64,000 nt of DNA from a virus: IMG/VR virus record IMGVR_UViG_3300046535_002009, positions 32,001 through 96,000 of that record. The stretch is one strand, 5' to 3'. The notes under the pieces are model-generated. The model saw only the letters and a program-made list of their open reading frames with translations. It searched no databases and was not told the origin of the DNA. The position numbers and the translations under genes are program-made. Numbering within the stretch: the stretch's first letter is position 1; each line of letters begins with the position of its first letter. Shown piece by piece: positions 50,567-59,486 of this stretch.

Positions 50567-50741
50567 TGCTGGTGTCTGACAGGAACCATAGCCCAAACTG
50601 CTGCGCTTTGACAGCAACCCGGAAATGGAGATTCCCGCAGGTCGACACGCCAGGACATGCGACACCTGCGGTATCGACGACATAGCCGGATCCGCATGCA
50701 CGTGCACGGCGGCTGACCTGTACTGTTGCTAGCTGACAGCA
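50567..50741. promoter_or_regulatory. Immunity switch with three operators
   Basis: Minus strand: TCCTGTCAGACACCAGCA (50567-50584), TGCTGTCAAAGCGCAGCA (50599-50616), TGCTGTCAGCTAGCAACA (50724-50741). Confidence 0.8.
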
Positions 50742-50768
50742 GCGCACCCCGGCGCTAACCTCCGAGCC

Positions 50769-51227
50769 ATGGACGGTGCCCACCGCATGGAACCAGGACC
50801 CCAGGCCCTCGCCGACTACGTGCGCGAACACGCGCCGGCGGCCGGCTACACGCTCACCGAGTGGGGCGAGCCGGCACGCCTTGCCCGCGACTCCGGCATG
50901 GACACTGGCACCCTGACGCGCATCCTCAAAGGTGAACGCGTCCCGCGCCCCGCACAGCTCTGGCCGCTGAGCCAGGCACTCGGCCGGCCCTTCATGGAGG
51001 TCATGGTCGTATCCGGAACAGTTCCCCCCGAATCGGTCGCGCATATGCCACAACCCGCAGTAGCATCAACGCCTATCACTGCTGATGCTCTGGCAGATGA
51101 GTGGGGCGTCCACGCCGAAGGCGACCGCGCATACATCGCGGAGACCCTCAAGCGCCTGCGCGAACACGCCAAGTCCCAGAAGGCCCGACAGAAGCCGGAG
51201 CACGGGAGCAGCGCCGCGAACGGATAA
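50769..51227 (+). CDS. CI-like immunity repressor (XRE HTH)
   Basis: RLARDSGMDTGTLTRILKGERVP; divergent from cro; TAACCT 7 nt before ATG. Confidence 0.78.
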   Translation: MDGAHRMEPGPQALADYVREHAPAAGYTLTEWGEPARLARDSGMDTGTLTRILKGERVPRPAQLWPLSQALGRPFMEVMVVSGTVPPESVAHMPQPAVASTPITADALADEWGVHAEGDRAYIAETLKRLREHAKSQKARQKPEHGSSAANG

Positions 51228-51240
51228 CTGGGGGCCGCCC

Positions 51241-51780
51241 GTGAAGAAGTACCGCTCCGCCATCGCTATTGCCGCCGCTGCTGTGGCCGGCATGCTGCTG
51301 ACGGCCGAGGCCCCCATCGTGGGCGGCGCCATCCTCGGCGCCGCCGCGACCGCCATCGTCACGCTCGCCCTCCAACTTCGGCAGGCCGACGCCCGCCGCA
51401 CGGAGTACACCGCGCGCGAGGCAGCCCTGCGCGCCAGCGAACAGCGCGTGGCCGCCGACGACTTCCGCCTCCGCATCGCCCTCCGCGAGCAGGAAGCTCT
51501 CCGTAGGCGCTACGACGCCGGACTGGGCACCCTCGTCTCCCAGCGCGAGCGTCTGCGACTCAACATGGAGGAGCGCCTCGTCTCGGAGATGGCAGCCGTC
51601 AACGCCCGGCACGCCCACGAGCTGGCCCGCGCGAAGGCCGACGCGTTCGAGGACGGCGCCATGGCCGTCATCTACGACCGGCTCGGCGCCCCCATCGCCC
51701 CCGTCGACACCCCGGCAGTCAGCGCCGACGTGATCCCCCTCGCCGGCCGCCGCCCGGCCGCCGCCACGCCTTCACGCTGA
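51241..51780 (+). CDS. Membrane-anchored coiled-coil protein
   Basis: Two N-terminal hydrophobic segments; follows the repressor. Confidence 0.65.
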   Translation: MKKYRSAIAIAAAAVAGMLLTAEAPIVGGAILGAAATAIVTLALQLRQADARRTEYTAREAALRASEQRVAADDFRLRIALREQEALRRRYDAGLGTLVSQRERLRLNMEERLVSEMAAVNARHAHELARAKADAFEDGAMAVIYDRLGAPIAPVDTPAVSADVIPLAGRRPAAATPSR

Positions 51781-51781
51781 C

Positions 51782-53314
51782 CTACGTCGCGACGGGCTCC
51801 AGGACCTTGGGCCACTCCTCGAACCCAGGCTGCCCGAAGAAGATCAGGTTCACCCGGGGCCCAACCGGCTGGCCGTGACCCTTCCTCAACGCCGGCAAGA
51901 CCTCGACCCGCAGGACCTTGCGGATGACGTGGCGCTTCTGCTCAAGGACGAGCTCCTCCTCGTCGTTCCACATCTCGTCCAGCGCATCCGGATCCATCCC
52001 GATGAGACGGTCCAGCAGCGGGTCACCCACCGACAGAAGCCCCTTCACGATGGCCTCGGACGCCCGGGCCAGCGGGATCAGCCGCTGCTCCAGCTCGGCG
52101 AGCGAGGCGACGGTCAGGCCGGGCAGGCCGGTCACCGGGTCGAACTCGGTCGCCCGCGCCCGCGCGTCTCGGAGCTGCTCGGTGATCGCCTTCAGCTTGG
52201 CCCGCTCCCGTTCCAGTTCACCGCTCGACGCCTGTCGGCGCATCGCCGCGGCTGCCTTCTCGGAGGACAGCCACTGCAGCAGGGCCTCCTCGACGTAGGC
52301 CTCCAGGAGCTGCTTCATGATGGACAAGTGCTCCACGCGGCACCGGTAGAGCGCGCCACGGCGGTACTTGGGCTGTGCCAGCCGCACCGTCATCGTGCTG
52401 TTGCGGATGTCCACGTCGGCACGGCAGAGCGAGCAGAGCGCGATCCCGGACAGCAGGTGCTCGACGCCGGTCGTGTGGGTCGTCCTGCGGTCCGGGTCGT
52501 CGAGCATCCGCTGGACACGCCAGAAGACGTCCTCGTCGACGAGCCCCTTCCAGGCAGCCGGATACTCGGTGTCGTGGTGGACTCGGATCCCGATGTACGC
52601 CCTGTTCTGCAGGATCGCGCGGATGCCCTGGTCCGTCATCAGCGGGCGGCGGGGCAGCATGAAGGCGACGAGGCGCTTGATGGAGATCTTCTGGTCCGCC
52701 ATGTTGAACAGCTTGACGAGTACGGGCGCTTCGTCCGGGTGGGCGACCTGCCCGAGAAGTTCGCCAGTGTCCGGGTCATAGACCCGCTTGAAGCCGAAAG
52801 GCGGGGTGCCGGTCATCCAGCCCCGCTGGGCGCTGAGGCGTGCGGTCCGGACGTTGCGGGCGATGATCGTGTCGCCCTCGCCCTCGGACTCCACGGCGTC
52901 CCGGGCGGTCTCGCGCCGGTCGGATGCCTTGGTGAGGTCGTAGACCCGGCCGTCGTAGCACCAGAGGACGCCGGTCTCCATGCACAGCGCGCGGAGCCTC
53001 ACGTACCCGTCGAGCGTGCGGTTCGTGCGGGACCTCTCGGCGTACACGATCACGTCGATTTTGCCCGCGCGGACGTCTTCGACCATACGCTCGTACTCGT
53101 CACGGACCTTCGTGGCGCGACTGCTTGCCGAACGGTCGCGGTCCTCGTAGAAGTCGACAATCTCCCAGCCGCGCTCGTTGCACTCGGCGCGGCACTCGGC
53201 GAACTGGTCCTTGATGGATCGTCCGCGGTAGCGCGGGTCTCGAGATGCCCGACCATACACAGCGGCCCGCAGCGGGCGAGTCGCCTGCGCGGGCACCGAG
53301 TACAGGTAGTTCAT
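51782..53314 (-). CDS. int: Large serine recombinase (integrase)
   Basis: YGRASRD catalytic Ser, S...Q...C, D..RSAS, SRTNR, G.PPFGF, N.AYIG, LLSG...C..C zinc ribbon, coiled coil. Confidence 0.93.
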   Translation of the reverse strand: MNYLYSVPAQATRPLRAAVYGRASRDPRYRGRSIKDQFAECRAECNERGWEIVDFYEDRDRSASSRATKVRDEYERMVEDVRAGKIDVIVYAERSRTNRTLDGYVRLRALCMETGVLWCYDGRVYDLTKASDRRETARDAVESEGEGDTIIARNVRTARLSAQRGWMTGTPPFGFKRVYDPDTGELLGQVAHPDEAPVLVKLFNMADQKISIKRLVAFMLPRRPLMTDQGIRAILQNRAYIGIRVHHDTEYPAAWKGLVDEDVFWRVQRMLDDPDRRTTHTTGVEHLLSGIALCSLCRADVDIRNSTMTVRLAQPKYRRGALYRCRVEHLSIMKQLLEAYVEEALLQWLSSEKAAAAMRRQASSGELERERAKLKAITEQLRDARARATEFDPVTGLPGLTVASLAELEQRLIPLARASEAIVKGLLSVGDPLLDRLIGMDPDALDEMWNDEEELVLEQKRHVIRKVLRVEVLPALRKGHGQPVGPRVNLIFFGQPGFEEWPKVLEPVAT

Positions 53315-53347
53315 GGCCAGTCAGCATAGGGGGCTACCCCTGACAGC

Positions 53348-53399
53348 AATACCCCTCTTTAACAAATCTGCGTGCGCCGCTTTTGGAAAAGGGGGTATT
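53348..53399. other. Candidate attP site
   Basis: 52-bp AT-rich imperfect inverted repeat AATACCCCTCTTTAACAAA...TTTTGGAAAAGGGGGTATT (14/19 paired) just upstream of int. Confidence 0.65.
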
Positions 53400-53441
53400 T
53401 AAACGTGCAGGTCAGGTCGATAGGGCGCGGTACGCAGCACA

Positions 53442-53475
53442 AAGGGCCGTTCACCTGGCGGGGTGAACGGCCCTT
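53442..53475 (-). terminator. Intrinsic terminator
   Basis: 14-bp stem AAGGGCCGTTCACC / GGTGAACGGCCCTT just after the stop at 53486. Confidence 0.75.
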
Positions 53476-53485
53476 CGGGCACCGG

Positions 53486-53893
53486 TCAGGTCGTGCCGGT
53501 GGAGCACACGAAGATCATGACGGCCAGCGATCCGCACAGCCGGTTGACGAGTTCGCCGAGCTGCGCATGGGAGGCCTGGACGAGGTCCACGCTCTCGGAC
53601 CAGTCGAGCTCGTCGAGCTGCTTGCGCGGTGCACAGCCGGACAGCCTGATCATGTCGGCCAGGGCCCCACGGAGGCGCTCGACCAGATGGATCAGATCCC
53701 CATCGTCCGCGGAGTGGAGGTCGGTCCTTTCGGCCTCGCGGAGGTCGGCTCGCGCCATGGCGATCCGCTCGACGGCGAAGTCCGGGCGCGGGAAGGTCGG
53801 GCGTTCTGTGGTCACCGGGCTGAAGGGCTGGAAGCCGACGGGGGAGGCGAGCGCGGCCGAGCCGCGCTGAGGGAACGGCAGAGGATTCGTCAT
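53486..53893 (-). CDS. Helical hypothetical protein with internal duplication
   Basis: DL..A....LIHLVERLRGALADMI versus DL..A....LGELVNRLCGSLAVMI; GGAGAG RBS. Confidence 0.6.
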   Translation of the reverse strand: MTNPLPFPQRGSAALASPVGFQPFSPVTTERPTFPRPDFAVERIAMARADLREAERTDLHSADDGDLIHLVERLRGALADMIRLSGCAPRKQLDELDWSESVDLVQASHAQLGELVNRLCGSLAVMIFVCSTGTT

Positions 53894-53969
53894 TCGGACT
53901 CTCCGTCCCCGACGGCCGGACCGTTGCAGGTGCGCTTACGCGCCTGGCGGCCCGGCCGACGTGCTGGGG

Positions 53970-54149
53970 TCAGCCGCCCCAGTTCGTGTCCATCGGCTGG
54001 TACGGAGTCGTGTCCGTGTCGCCCGGAGTGGGCACGGCGATCTTCACGGTCGGCGAACTTGCGGAGCTCAGCTCCTCGGCCTGCGCGGCGGCGGCCGGCA
54101 GGGCAATCAGCGCGGCTGCAGCGAGCAGCACGCTTGCGGTCTTCTTCAT
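53970..54149 (-). CDS. Secreted 59-aa peptide, putative signalling pro-peptide (not in the ORF track)
   Basis: MKKTASVLLAAAALIALPAAAAQA|EELSSASSPTVKIAVPTPGDTDTTPYQPMDTNWGG; AGAGGAG RBS; Sec signal with AQA cleavage site. Confidence 0.8.
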   Translation of the reverse strand: MKKTASVLLAAAALIALPAAAAQAEELSSASSPTVKIAVPTPGDTDTTPYQPMDTNWGG

Positions 54150-54416
54150 GATTCTCCTCTGTGTTCCCTCCGGTGCCGCTGGGGCGGCACTGGGTGGTCA
54201 TAGGACATGTGGCGACGCGCGCCCGTGTCAACATCCGCCCCGTTTCGGTTGAGTGACAGACTGCCGATGCCTTCGCGCGGAAGGCGTGGGGCCCGGTCCG
54301 ACGTGGTTGATGGTTCATCCACCCGCTCCGCAACGATCGCGCACGGATAGTTGCCGGACAAGACGATCTGTGGTGCATTTATCTGCGACTGCATAAAGAC
54401 GCAGAAGGGCTGAAGA

Positions 54417-55382
54417 GTGAGCGACCTTGGTGTCGTGCCGGCGAGCGCGGTGATCCCTGACGATGCACGGGAGTTGTACGCCCGGATGGCTGGCTTGGGG
54501 GAGCAGCCCGGGCCCGATGACGACGCATCGCTGCATCTGCTGCTCAGCCTTGGCCTGGTCCGGCAGGACGTCAGCGAGGGCTACCTGCTCGTCGATCCGC
54601 AGTACGTGGGCGCTCGCTGGGAGGGCTCGTTCTACACCAGCGCGGCACGGATGCTGGAGCAGGCGGCGACCGTCTCCGAGGCGCTTCGCCCCCTTCGGCA
54701 TGCGTTCGACAATCGTTCGTCCGAGTCTGCCGGCCTGATCGAGTACCACCGGGGGTCGGAGGCCATCAACTGGCGGGTGGGGCAGGTACTCGGAGGCTGT
54801 TCGAGTGAGCTGCTGGTGTGCCAGCCCGGTGGTCCGCGGCGGCCGGAGATCCTCCAGGAGACCGCACAGCGGGACCTGGAGACGCTGAACCGTGGCGTGG
54901 CGATGAAGACGATCTACCACGACCACGCGCGAGCTGGCGCGTCCATCGACGACTGGGTCAAGGTCATGACCGACGCCGGGGCGGAGATCCGGACCCTCGA
55001 CGAGAAGTTCGAGCGGATGTTCATCATCGACCGGCGGATCGCGGTCGTCCCGGGGGACGACATCCTCACGACGAGCTCGGACGCAGTCGCCTACATCGTG
55101 AACGACAGTGGGGTGGCACGGTTCCTGGCCCGCCAGTTCGAGCGGGACTGGAACCGTGCCCGCGCTTGGAGCGAGACGGCGAAGGCGGAGGTGTCGCTGA
55201 CCGGTCGGCAGGCCGCCGTCCTGCGAGGGCTCGCGGCGGGTGACGGCCAGCAGCTCATTGCCCGCCGCCTGAAGATCAGCCAGCGGACGATGGCTGACAC
55301 GATCTCCGAGCTGAAGGCGCTGTACAACGTCACGTCGCTGTTCCAGCTTGCGTGCAGCTGGACCTCGGCGGGTGGCGTGTAG
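54417..55382 (+). CDS. LuxR-type regulator with N-terminal wHTH and central TrmB/PLD-like sensor domain
   Basis: L..LGLV; CQPGGPR; GVAMKTIY; RMFIIDRRIAVV; FERDW..A; LTGRQAAVLRGLA.G....IARRLKISQRT. Confidence 0.85.
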   Translation: MSDLGVVPASAVIPDDARELYARMAGLGEQPGPDDDASLHLLLSLGLVRQDVSEGYLLVDPQYVGARWEGSFYTSAARMLEQAATVSEALRPLRHAFDNRSSESAGLIEYHRGSEAINWRVGQVLGGCSSELLVCQPGGPRRPEILQETAQRDLETLNRGVAMKTIYHDHARAGASIDDWVKVMTDAGAEIRTLDEKFERMFIIDRRIAVVPGDDILTTSSDAVAYIVNDSGVARFLARQFERDWNRARAWSETAKAEVSLTGRQAAVLRGLAAGDGQQLIARRLKISQRTMADTISELKALYNVTSLFQLACSWTSAGGV

Positions 55383-55384
55383 CG

Positions 55385-55597
55385 TCAGCTCTCCCCGCCT
55401 CCTCTCAGGGCCGCGGCCAGCCGATGGGCTGTCTCGGCAGTCGCGGAGCCGAGGTTCACCAGGGAGAAGTCGGACATGATTCCGATCATGTCCACGCCCA
55501 GCGACGGCAGGATGATGCCCTGCTCCCTGAGCGCCTCTCGCAGATCCTCGACTGCGTCCTGGGCTTCCTTCCATGCATCCGGTACCGACTCAGCCAC
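55385..55597 (-). CDS. Small Streptomyces-type hypothetical protein (paralog A)
   Basis: LREAL...GIILPSLGVD...LVNLG.....A.RLAAAL. Confidence 0.7.
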   Translation of the reverse strand: MAESVPDAWKEAQDAVEDLREALREQGIILPSLGVDMIGIMSDFSLVNLGSATAETAHRLAAALRGGGES

Positions 55598-55706
55598 GTC
55601 GTTGCTTCTCTCTGTACTTGGCCTGGATACATCGCATACCCAGGCTGATTGATTTACCACGCGGTGGTAAGGACTGAAAGGGGTTATGGGCCCTAGTCGT
55701 GGAGGG

Positions 55707-55946
55707 GTGCCCACCGATGATCTTCCCGACTACGTCCGACATCACCGCTGGCTGCTCGGCAGCCGACTGCGCCAGACGCGCCTAGAACAGGAGTTGACCC
55801 AGGAGGACCTGGCCCGCATGACCGGCGTGGACAGCAAGACCATCAGCCGGACCGAGAACGGGCACCACAACGTGGGGATCGATCTGGTCGCACGGCTGGC
55901 GCATGCCCTCGGCGTTCCGAGCTGGACGCTGTTCGAGGAACGCTGA
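55707..55946 (+). CDS. XRE-family HTH regulator
   Basis: LTQEDLARMTGVDSKTISRTENG. Confidence 0.88.
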   Translation: MPTDDLPDYVRHHRWLLGSRLRQTRLEQELTQEDLARMTGVDSKTISRTENGHHNVGIDLVARLAHALGVPSWTLFEER

Positions 55947-55968
55947 CCCAGGGCCGGTTGGCTACCGG

Positions 55969-56175
55969 CTAGCTTGCGGGCCGGAGAGCCTCGGCCAGGA
56001 GGTGGATTTCGCGCGCGACCGCGCGCCCCAGGTCGACCATCCACTCCCCCGGTCGCGCCCTGGACGGACGCACCTCCAGGGACGGTAGGACGATCCCATG
56101 TTCAGACAAGGCGGACTTCAGCTCACGGAGCGCACGTTCGGCCTCCACCTTGCTGGTCGGCTCGTCGGCGGTCAC
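55969..56175 (-). CDS. Small Streptomyces-type hypothetical protein (paralog B)
   Basis: LKSAL..HGIVLPSLEV...MVDLG......LLAEAL. Confidence 0.7.
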   Translation of the reverse strand: MTADEPTSKVEAERALRELKSALSEHGIVLPSLEVRPSRARPGEWMVDLGRAVAREIHLLAEALRPAS

Positions 56176-56626
56176 CGGCGGATCTGCCTGTTCCGGTAGG
56201 CCTCGTCGAACGAGTCCCAGACCACGAGGTGGCCGTCCTCGGCGTACGGATGGCCGTCGGGCTGAAGGACGTACCAGCCGCGACCCGGTCCTCTGTAGGG
56301 CTCGACGCCCTGGCCCTCGATCTTCTCGGGCAGCACCGGGGCCGGCACGGGCTGGCAGAGGCGTCGGCTGTCGGTGCGTCGAGGCTCGATCATCACAGGC
56401 CACCGTCCCGGCCCGCCGTGGCTGCGGCGCGGCGGGCGACGAGGCAGCGGGTGCAGGTCACGGTCTCCCAGTCGTGCGCGACGCCGCACACGCCGGGCGT
56501 GGAGACGACGCCGTCCGGGTGGAGCGGCGGGTCGGCGTCACCGCAGTGAAAGCACGCCCGGCCGTGGAGGCGCGCGGGGCTGATGTCCTCGTCGACCAGC
56601 GGCAAGGAACGGTCGGTATCTGTCAC
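56172..56626 (-). other. Two small genes (56172-56396, 56393-56626)
   Basis: Overlaps; LHGRACFHCG...TCTRC zinc motif. Confidence 0.55.
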
Positions 56627-56682
56627 ACCGTCATCGTCCCCGGGTGGAACAAGCAGAAGTGCTACAGCCTGTGGCACATCGG

Positions 56683-57867
56683 TCAGACAGCTTTCGCCCA
56701 GCGGGCGAAGGCGAGGAGCCGCTCGTCGCGGCCACGGTCGAGTCGGACCATCGTGGCCAGCTCTGCCCGTACCTGGCCGTGCTCACGGACGTGCTGGGGC
56801 GCGATCGCCCGGGCGGCCTGGAGGGAGTCGAGGGCGTGGCCGGGCCGCCCGAGCTGCATCTGGGCTCGGCCCAGGTCGATGTAGTAGTGGCTGCGCCGCT
56901 CGGCGCCGAGGCTCGGAGGCGGGGCCCAGGAGCGGGCGGCGGCGACGGCGCCTAGGAGGTCCTGCGGCTCTCCGAGTTCCACGGCGACCGACAGGCGGTG
57001 AATCTCGACGGAGTGGGGGCCCACCGCGGTGCCGTCGTAGAGACGCTCCGGAAACGTCCGGGCCAGCGTGCCGGCCTCGGTCAGGTGGGCGCGCGCGGTG
57101 TCTGCGTCTCGCATGCGGCCGGCGACGACGGCGGCTCGCATGTGCAGCGCGGCCGCGGCTGCGGCGAGGGGACCGGTGCGAGGGGAAGGCATCCGGTCGG
57201 CGGCGGCCTGAAGAGCGCGCAGGCCGGGGGCGAGCTGGCCGCTGGCGAAGAACACCTCCGTCCTGACGTATGCGGCGGCGGCGGCCAGCGCGGGGTCCTC
57301 GGCGATGGAGGAAGCCCAGCGCATCAGCTCGACGAGCCTTCCCGACAGGTCCCGGTATCCGTGCTTGTAGGCGACGGCGTCCGCGCTGCGGACCGCGAGC
57401 GCTAGCAGGTGCGCGGCCCGTTGACGGTCGGCGCCGGCGGCCTGGTCGACGGCGCGGAACAGCTCGGCCAGGAGCGGCGCGATCGTCTCTGCAAGCTGGC
57501 CGTAGCGGGAGTTGACCCGGTCGTCTGTGGCCGCATGGACGGCGGCTGCGAGCTGGGCGAGGGGCCGGACAGGGCCGTCGTCCGGCAGGTCGTAGGCGGC
57601 GATCACGGACTGGAGGCCGGGGATTGCGAGGTGCACTCGGCTCTCGGTGCGGCCGGGGCCGCCGAGGAGTTCGTCCGCCGTGGTCTTGAGGTGGCGAGCG
57701 AGCGCGTCCAGCACGCTGTCGCTCGGGGACCGCTCGCCGTCCTCGACCTTGCGGATCATGCTGGTCGAGACGCCGGATCGCTCCTCCAGCGCCCGGCGGC
57801 TCAGACCGCACGCGCTCCGGGCGGCCTTGATGCGCAGTCCGACTTCGGTGGCGATACGACCGGGCAT
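56683..57867 (-). CDS. XRE-family HTH regulator with long helical C-terminal domain
   Basis: GLRIKAAR...GLSRRALEERSGVSTSMIRKVEDG; ERRSHYYIDLGRA; A..IAPQ. Confidence 0.87.
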   Translation of the reverse strand: MPGRIATEVGLRIKAARSACGLSRRALEERSGVSTSMIRKVEDGERSPSDSVLDALARHLKTTADELLGGPGRTESRVHLAIPGLQSVIAAYDLPDDGPVRPLAQLAAAVHAATDDRVNSRYGQLAETIAPLLAELFRAVDQAAGADRQRAAHLLALAVRSADAVAYKHGYRDLSGRLVELMRWASSIAEDPALAAAAAYVRTEVFFASGQLAPGLRALQAAADRMPSPRTGPLAAAAAALHMRAAVVAGRMRDADTARAHLTEAGTLARTFPERLYDGTAVGPHSVEIHRLSVAVELGEPQDLLGAVAAARSWAPPPSLGAERRSHYYIDLGRAQMQLGRPGHALDSLQAARAIAPQHVREHGQVRAELATMVRLDRGRDERLLAFARWAKAV

Positions 57868-57970
57868 GGGCGAGGGCTCCGTTCCGTGCGACACCACGAC
57901 GGTACCGGCGGGCCCGGACGTGGTGTGCCGGAACGGCCCGGCGGCTCGGGAGTGCCCAGGCGGCGGCTGG

Positions 57971-58615
57971 TCACTGGGCTGAGGTGATCACCTCTGCGAG
58001 GTCGTGCAGCGAGTTGACACGCCAGTCGGCGGCCGCCGCCTCCGAGCTGTCCGCCCATAGGTGCCCGAGTGGCCCGCGGCGCAGGTGGGCCGCGCGCATG
58101 CCGGCGGCCAGTGCGGGGTGGATGTCGTTCGCCGGGTGGTCGCCGACGTAGAGGATCTCGTGGCGCTGGCCCGGTGCCCAGTCGGCGACCCGGTCGAAGA
58201 ACTCCGGCGACGGCTTGGCTACTCCCCACTCGGCAGAGGTGACGATGCCGTCCGCGGGTAGGTTCATTGCGCGCAGCAGGTTCCCGGCCCGGTGGTTCTG
58301 GTTGCCGGCGATGCCTACCCAGACGCCGATGTCGCGCAGCCGTTGTAGGGCCGGTCGGACGTCGGGGTAGAGGTCGGTCCGGTCGAGGAACTCGTCCTGG
58401 CCTGCTGCCCGGCGTGCCTCCCACTCTTCGGCCACGTCGCACCCGGGCTTGATGATGCGGATTGCGTCCGCGTTGTCGCGGCCCTGGGCGACGACCGCGC
58501 CCACGAGGGCGGACATGGTGTGTGCGGGGACGCCGAGCCAGCGGGCCCAGTCAGCCCAGTAGCGGGCGTCGCTGACGAGGGTTTCCCCGATGTCGAGGAC
58601 CACGGATTTGATCAC
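57971..58615 (-). CDS. HAD-superfamily hydrolase
   Basis: LDIGETL, AGNQ, KPSPEFF, YVGDHPAND. Confidence 0.88.
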   Translation of the reverse strand: MIKSVVLDIGETLVSDARYWADWARWLGVPAHTMSALVGAVVAQGRDNADAIRIIKPGCDVAEEWEARRAAGQDEFLDRTDLYPDVRPALQRLRDIGVWVGIAGNQNHRAGNLLRAMNLPADGIVTSAEWGVAKPSPEFFDRVADWAPGQRHEILYVGDHPANDIHPALAAGMRAAHLRRGPLGHLWADSSEAAAADWRVNSLHDLAEVITSAQ

Positions 58616-58676
58616 GCGGCGAGCCTACCCAGGTGTCGGCAGCGGATGCCTTCCCGGTCGCTCGTAGGATGGCGAG

Positions 58677-58916
58677 ATGCCTGGACCTGCTGCCCTTCCT
58701 CTGCCTGATGACCTGGTCGCCCTTGGCCGTACGCGTCGGGCTGCTGAGCTCGCAATGGAGGCTGCGGCCCGCGACGGCGGGGACGTCGAGGCGGCTCGGC
58801 AGGCCTTCGTCGAGGCTGGCTTGGCGGTCCGCGCGCATCCGATCTGGCAGGAAGCGCGACGCGCTGGTTGCCACCACCAGACCGCTCAGGCGCTCACGGA
58901 TGCCGTGCGGGACTGA
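58677..58916 (+). CDS. Small hypothetical protein
   Basis: TAGGAT -10-like hexamer shortly before ATG. Confidence 0.5.
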   Translation: MPGPAALPLPDDLVALGRTRRAAELAMEAAARDGGDVEAARQAFVEAGLAVRAHPIWQEARRAGCHHQTAQALTDAVRD

Positions 58917-58928
58917 GACGTCCAGGAC

Positions 58929-59486
58929 CTATTTGCGGTTCTTCACCGCGGGGGTGGGGGTGGCCTGGCTGCACTGGTACTGCGGAGCCGTGGGGTCGAA
59001 GGGGTCGGCGCGGGTGCAGCTGTAGGTCTGGCCGCCGGTGGTGAACGTCCAGCTGTAGGGCGGCTGGCCGGCGGTGCCGGGCGGTCCTTGTGGCCCGGGT
59101 GAGCCGTCGGCGCCGGGGCTTCCTGCCGGGCCGGGGAGGGTGGAGTTGGTGCCGTCGCGGCCAGCGGGGCCGCTGGGTCCGGTCGGGCCGGTCGGTCCTG
59201 GGATCGGGGTGGGGGTGGGTGCGTCGCGGCCGGCCGGGCCCTGGGGTCCCTCCGGTCCCTGGGGGCCGGTGAGTCCGGCGTCGCCGCGGCTGCCGGGCGG
59301 GCCGGCGACGGGGGATGCGCCGAGTTGCTGGACCTGGCGGGCGAGGCCGTCGCGGGCCTCGTTGGCGGAGCGGAGGTCGGCGGACAGCTGGACGGTCTGG
59401 ACGGCAAGCCATGCCATGAAGATCAGCATCAGCACCGCGGTGAAGAGGGCCACGGTCTCGGCCCGGGCCGGGAATCGGCGGTTCAT
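58929..59486 (-). CDS. Membrane-anchored collagen-like protein of the lysis cassette
   Basis: N-terminal TM helix, Gly-X-Y runs, C-terminal C...C. Confidence 0.8.
   Translation of the reverse strand: MNRRFPARAETVALFTAVLMLIFMAWLAVQTVQLSADLRSANEARDGLARQVQQLGASPVAGPPGSRGDAGLTGPQGPEGPQGPAGRDAPTPTPIPGPTGPTGPSGPAGRDGTNSTLPGPAGSPGADGSPGPQGPPGTAGQPPYSWTFTTGGQTYSCTRADPFDPTAPQYQCSQATPTPAVKNRK

Noticed and set aside
51782-53400. Prophage boundary (attL/attR) at the integrase
   Set aside because: Phage genes continue on both sides and both arms of the inverted repeat are present
53890-54378. 162-aa minus-strand ORF in the track
   Set aside because: Arg/Pro-rich with no RBS; the 59-aa frame at 53970-54149 has an RBS, a signal peptide and better codon usage
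59060-59310. GC-rich repeats as a DNA repeat element
   Set aside because: Explained by Gly-X-Y collagen-like coding
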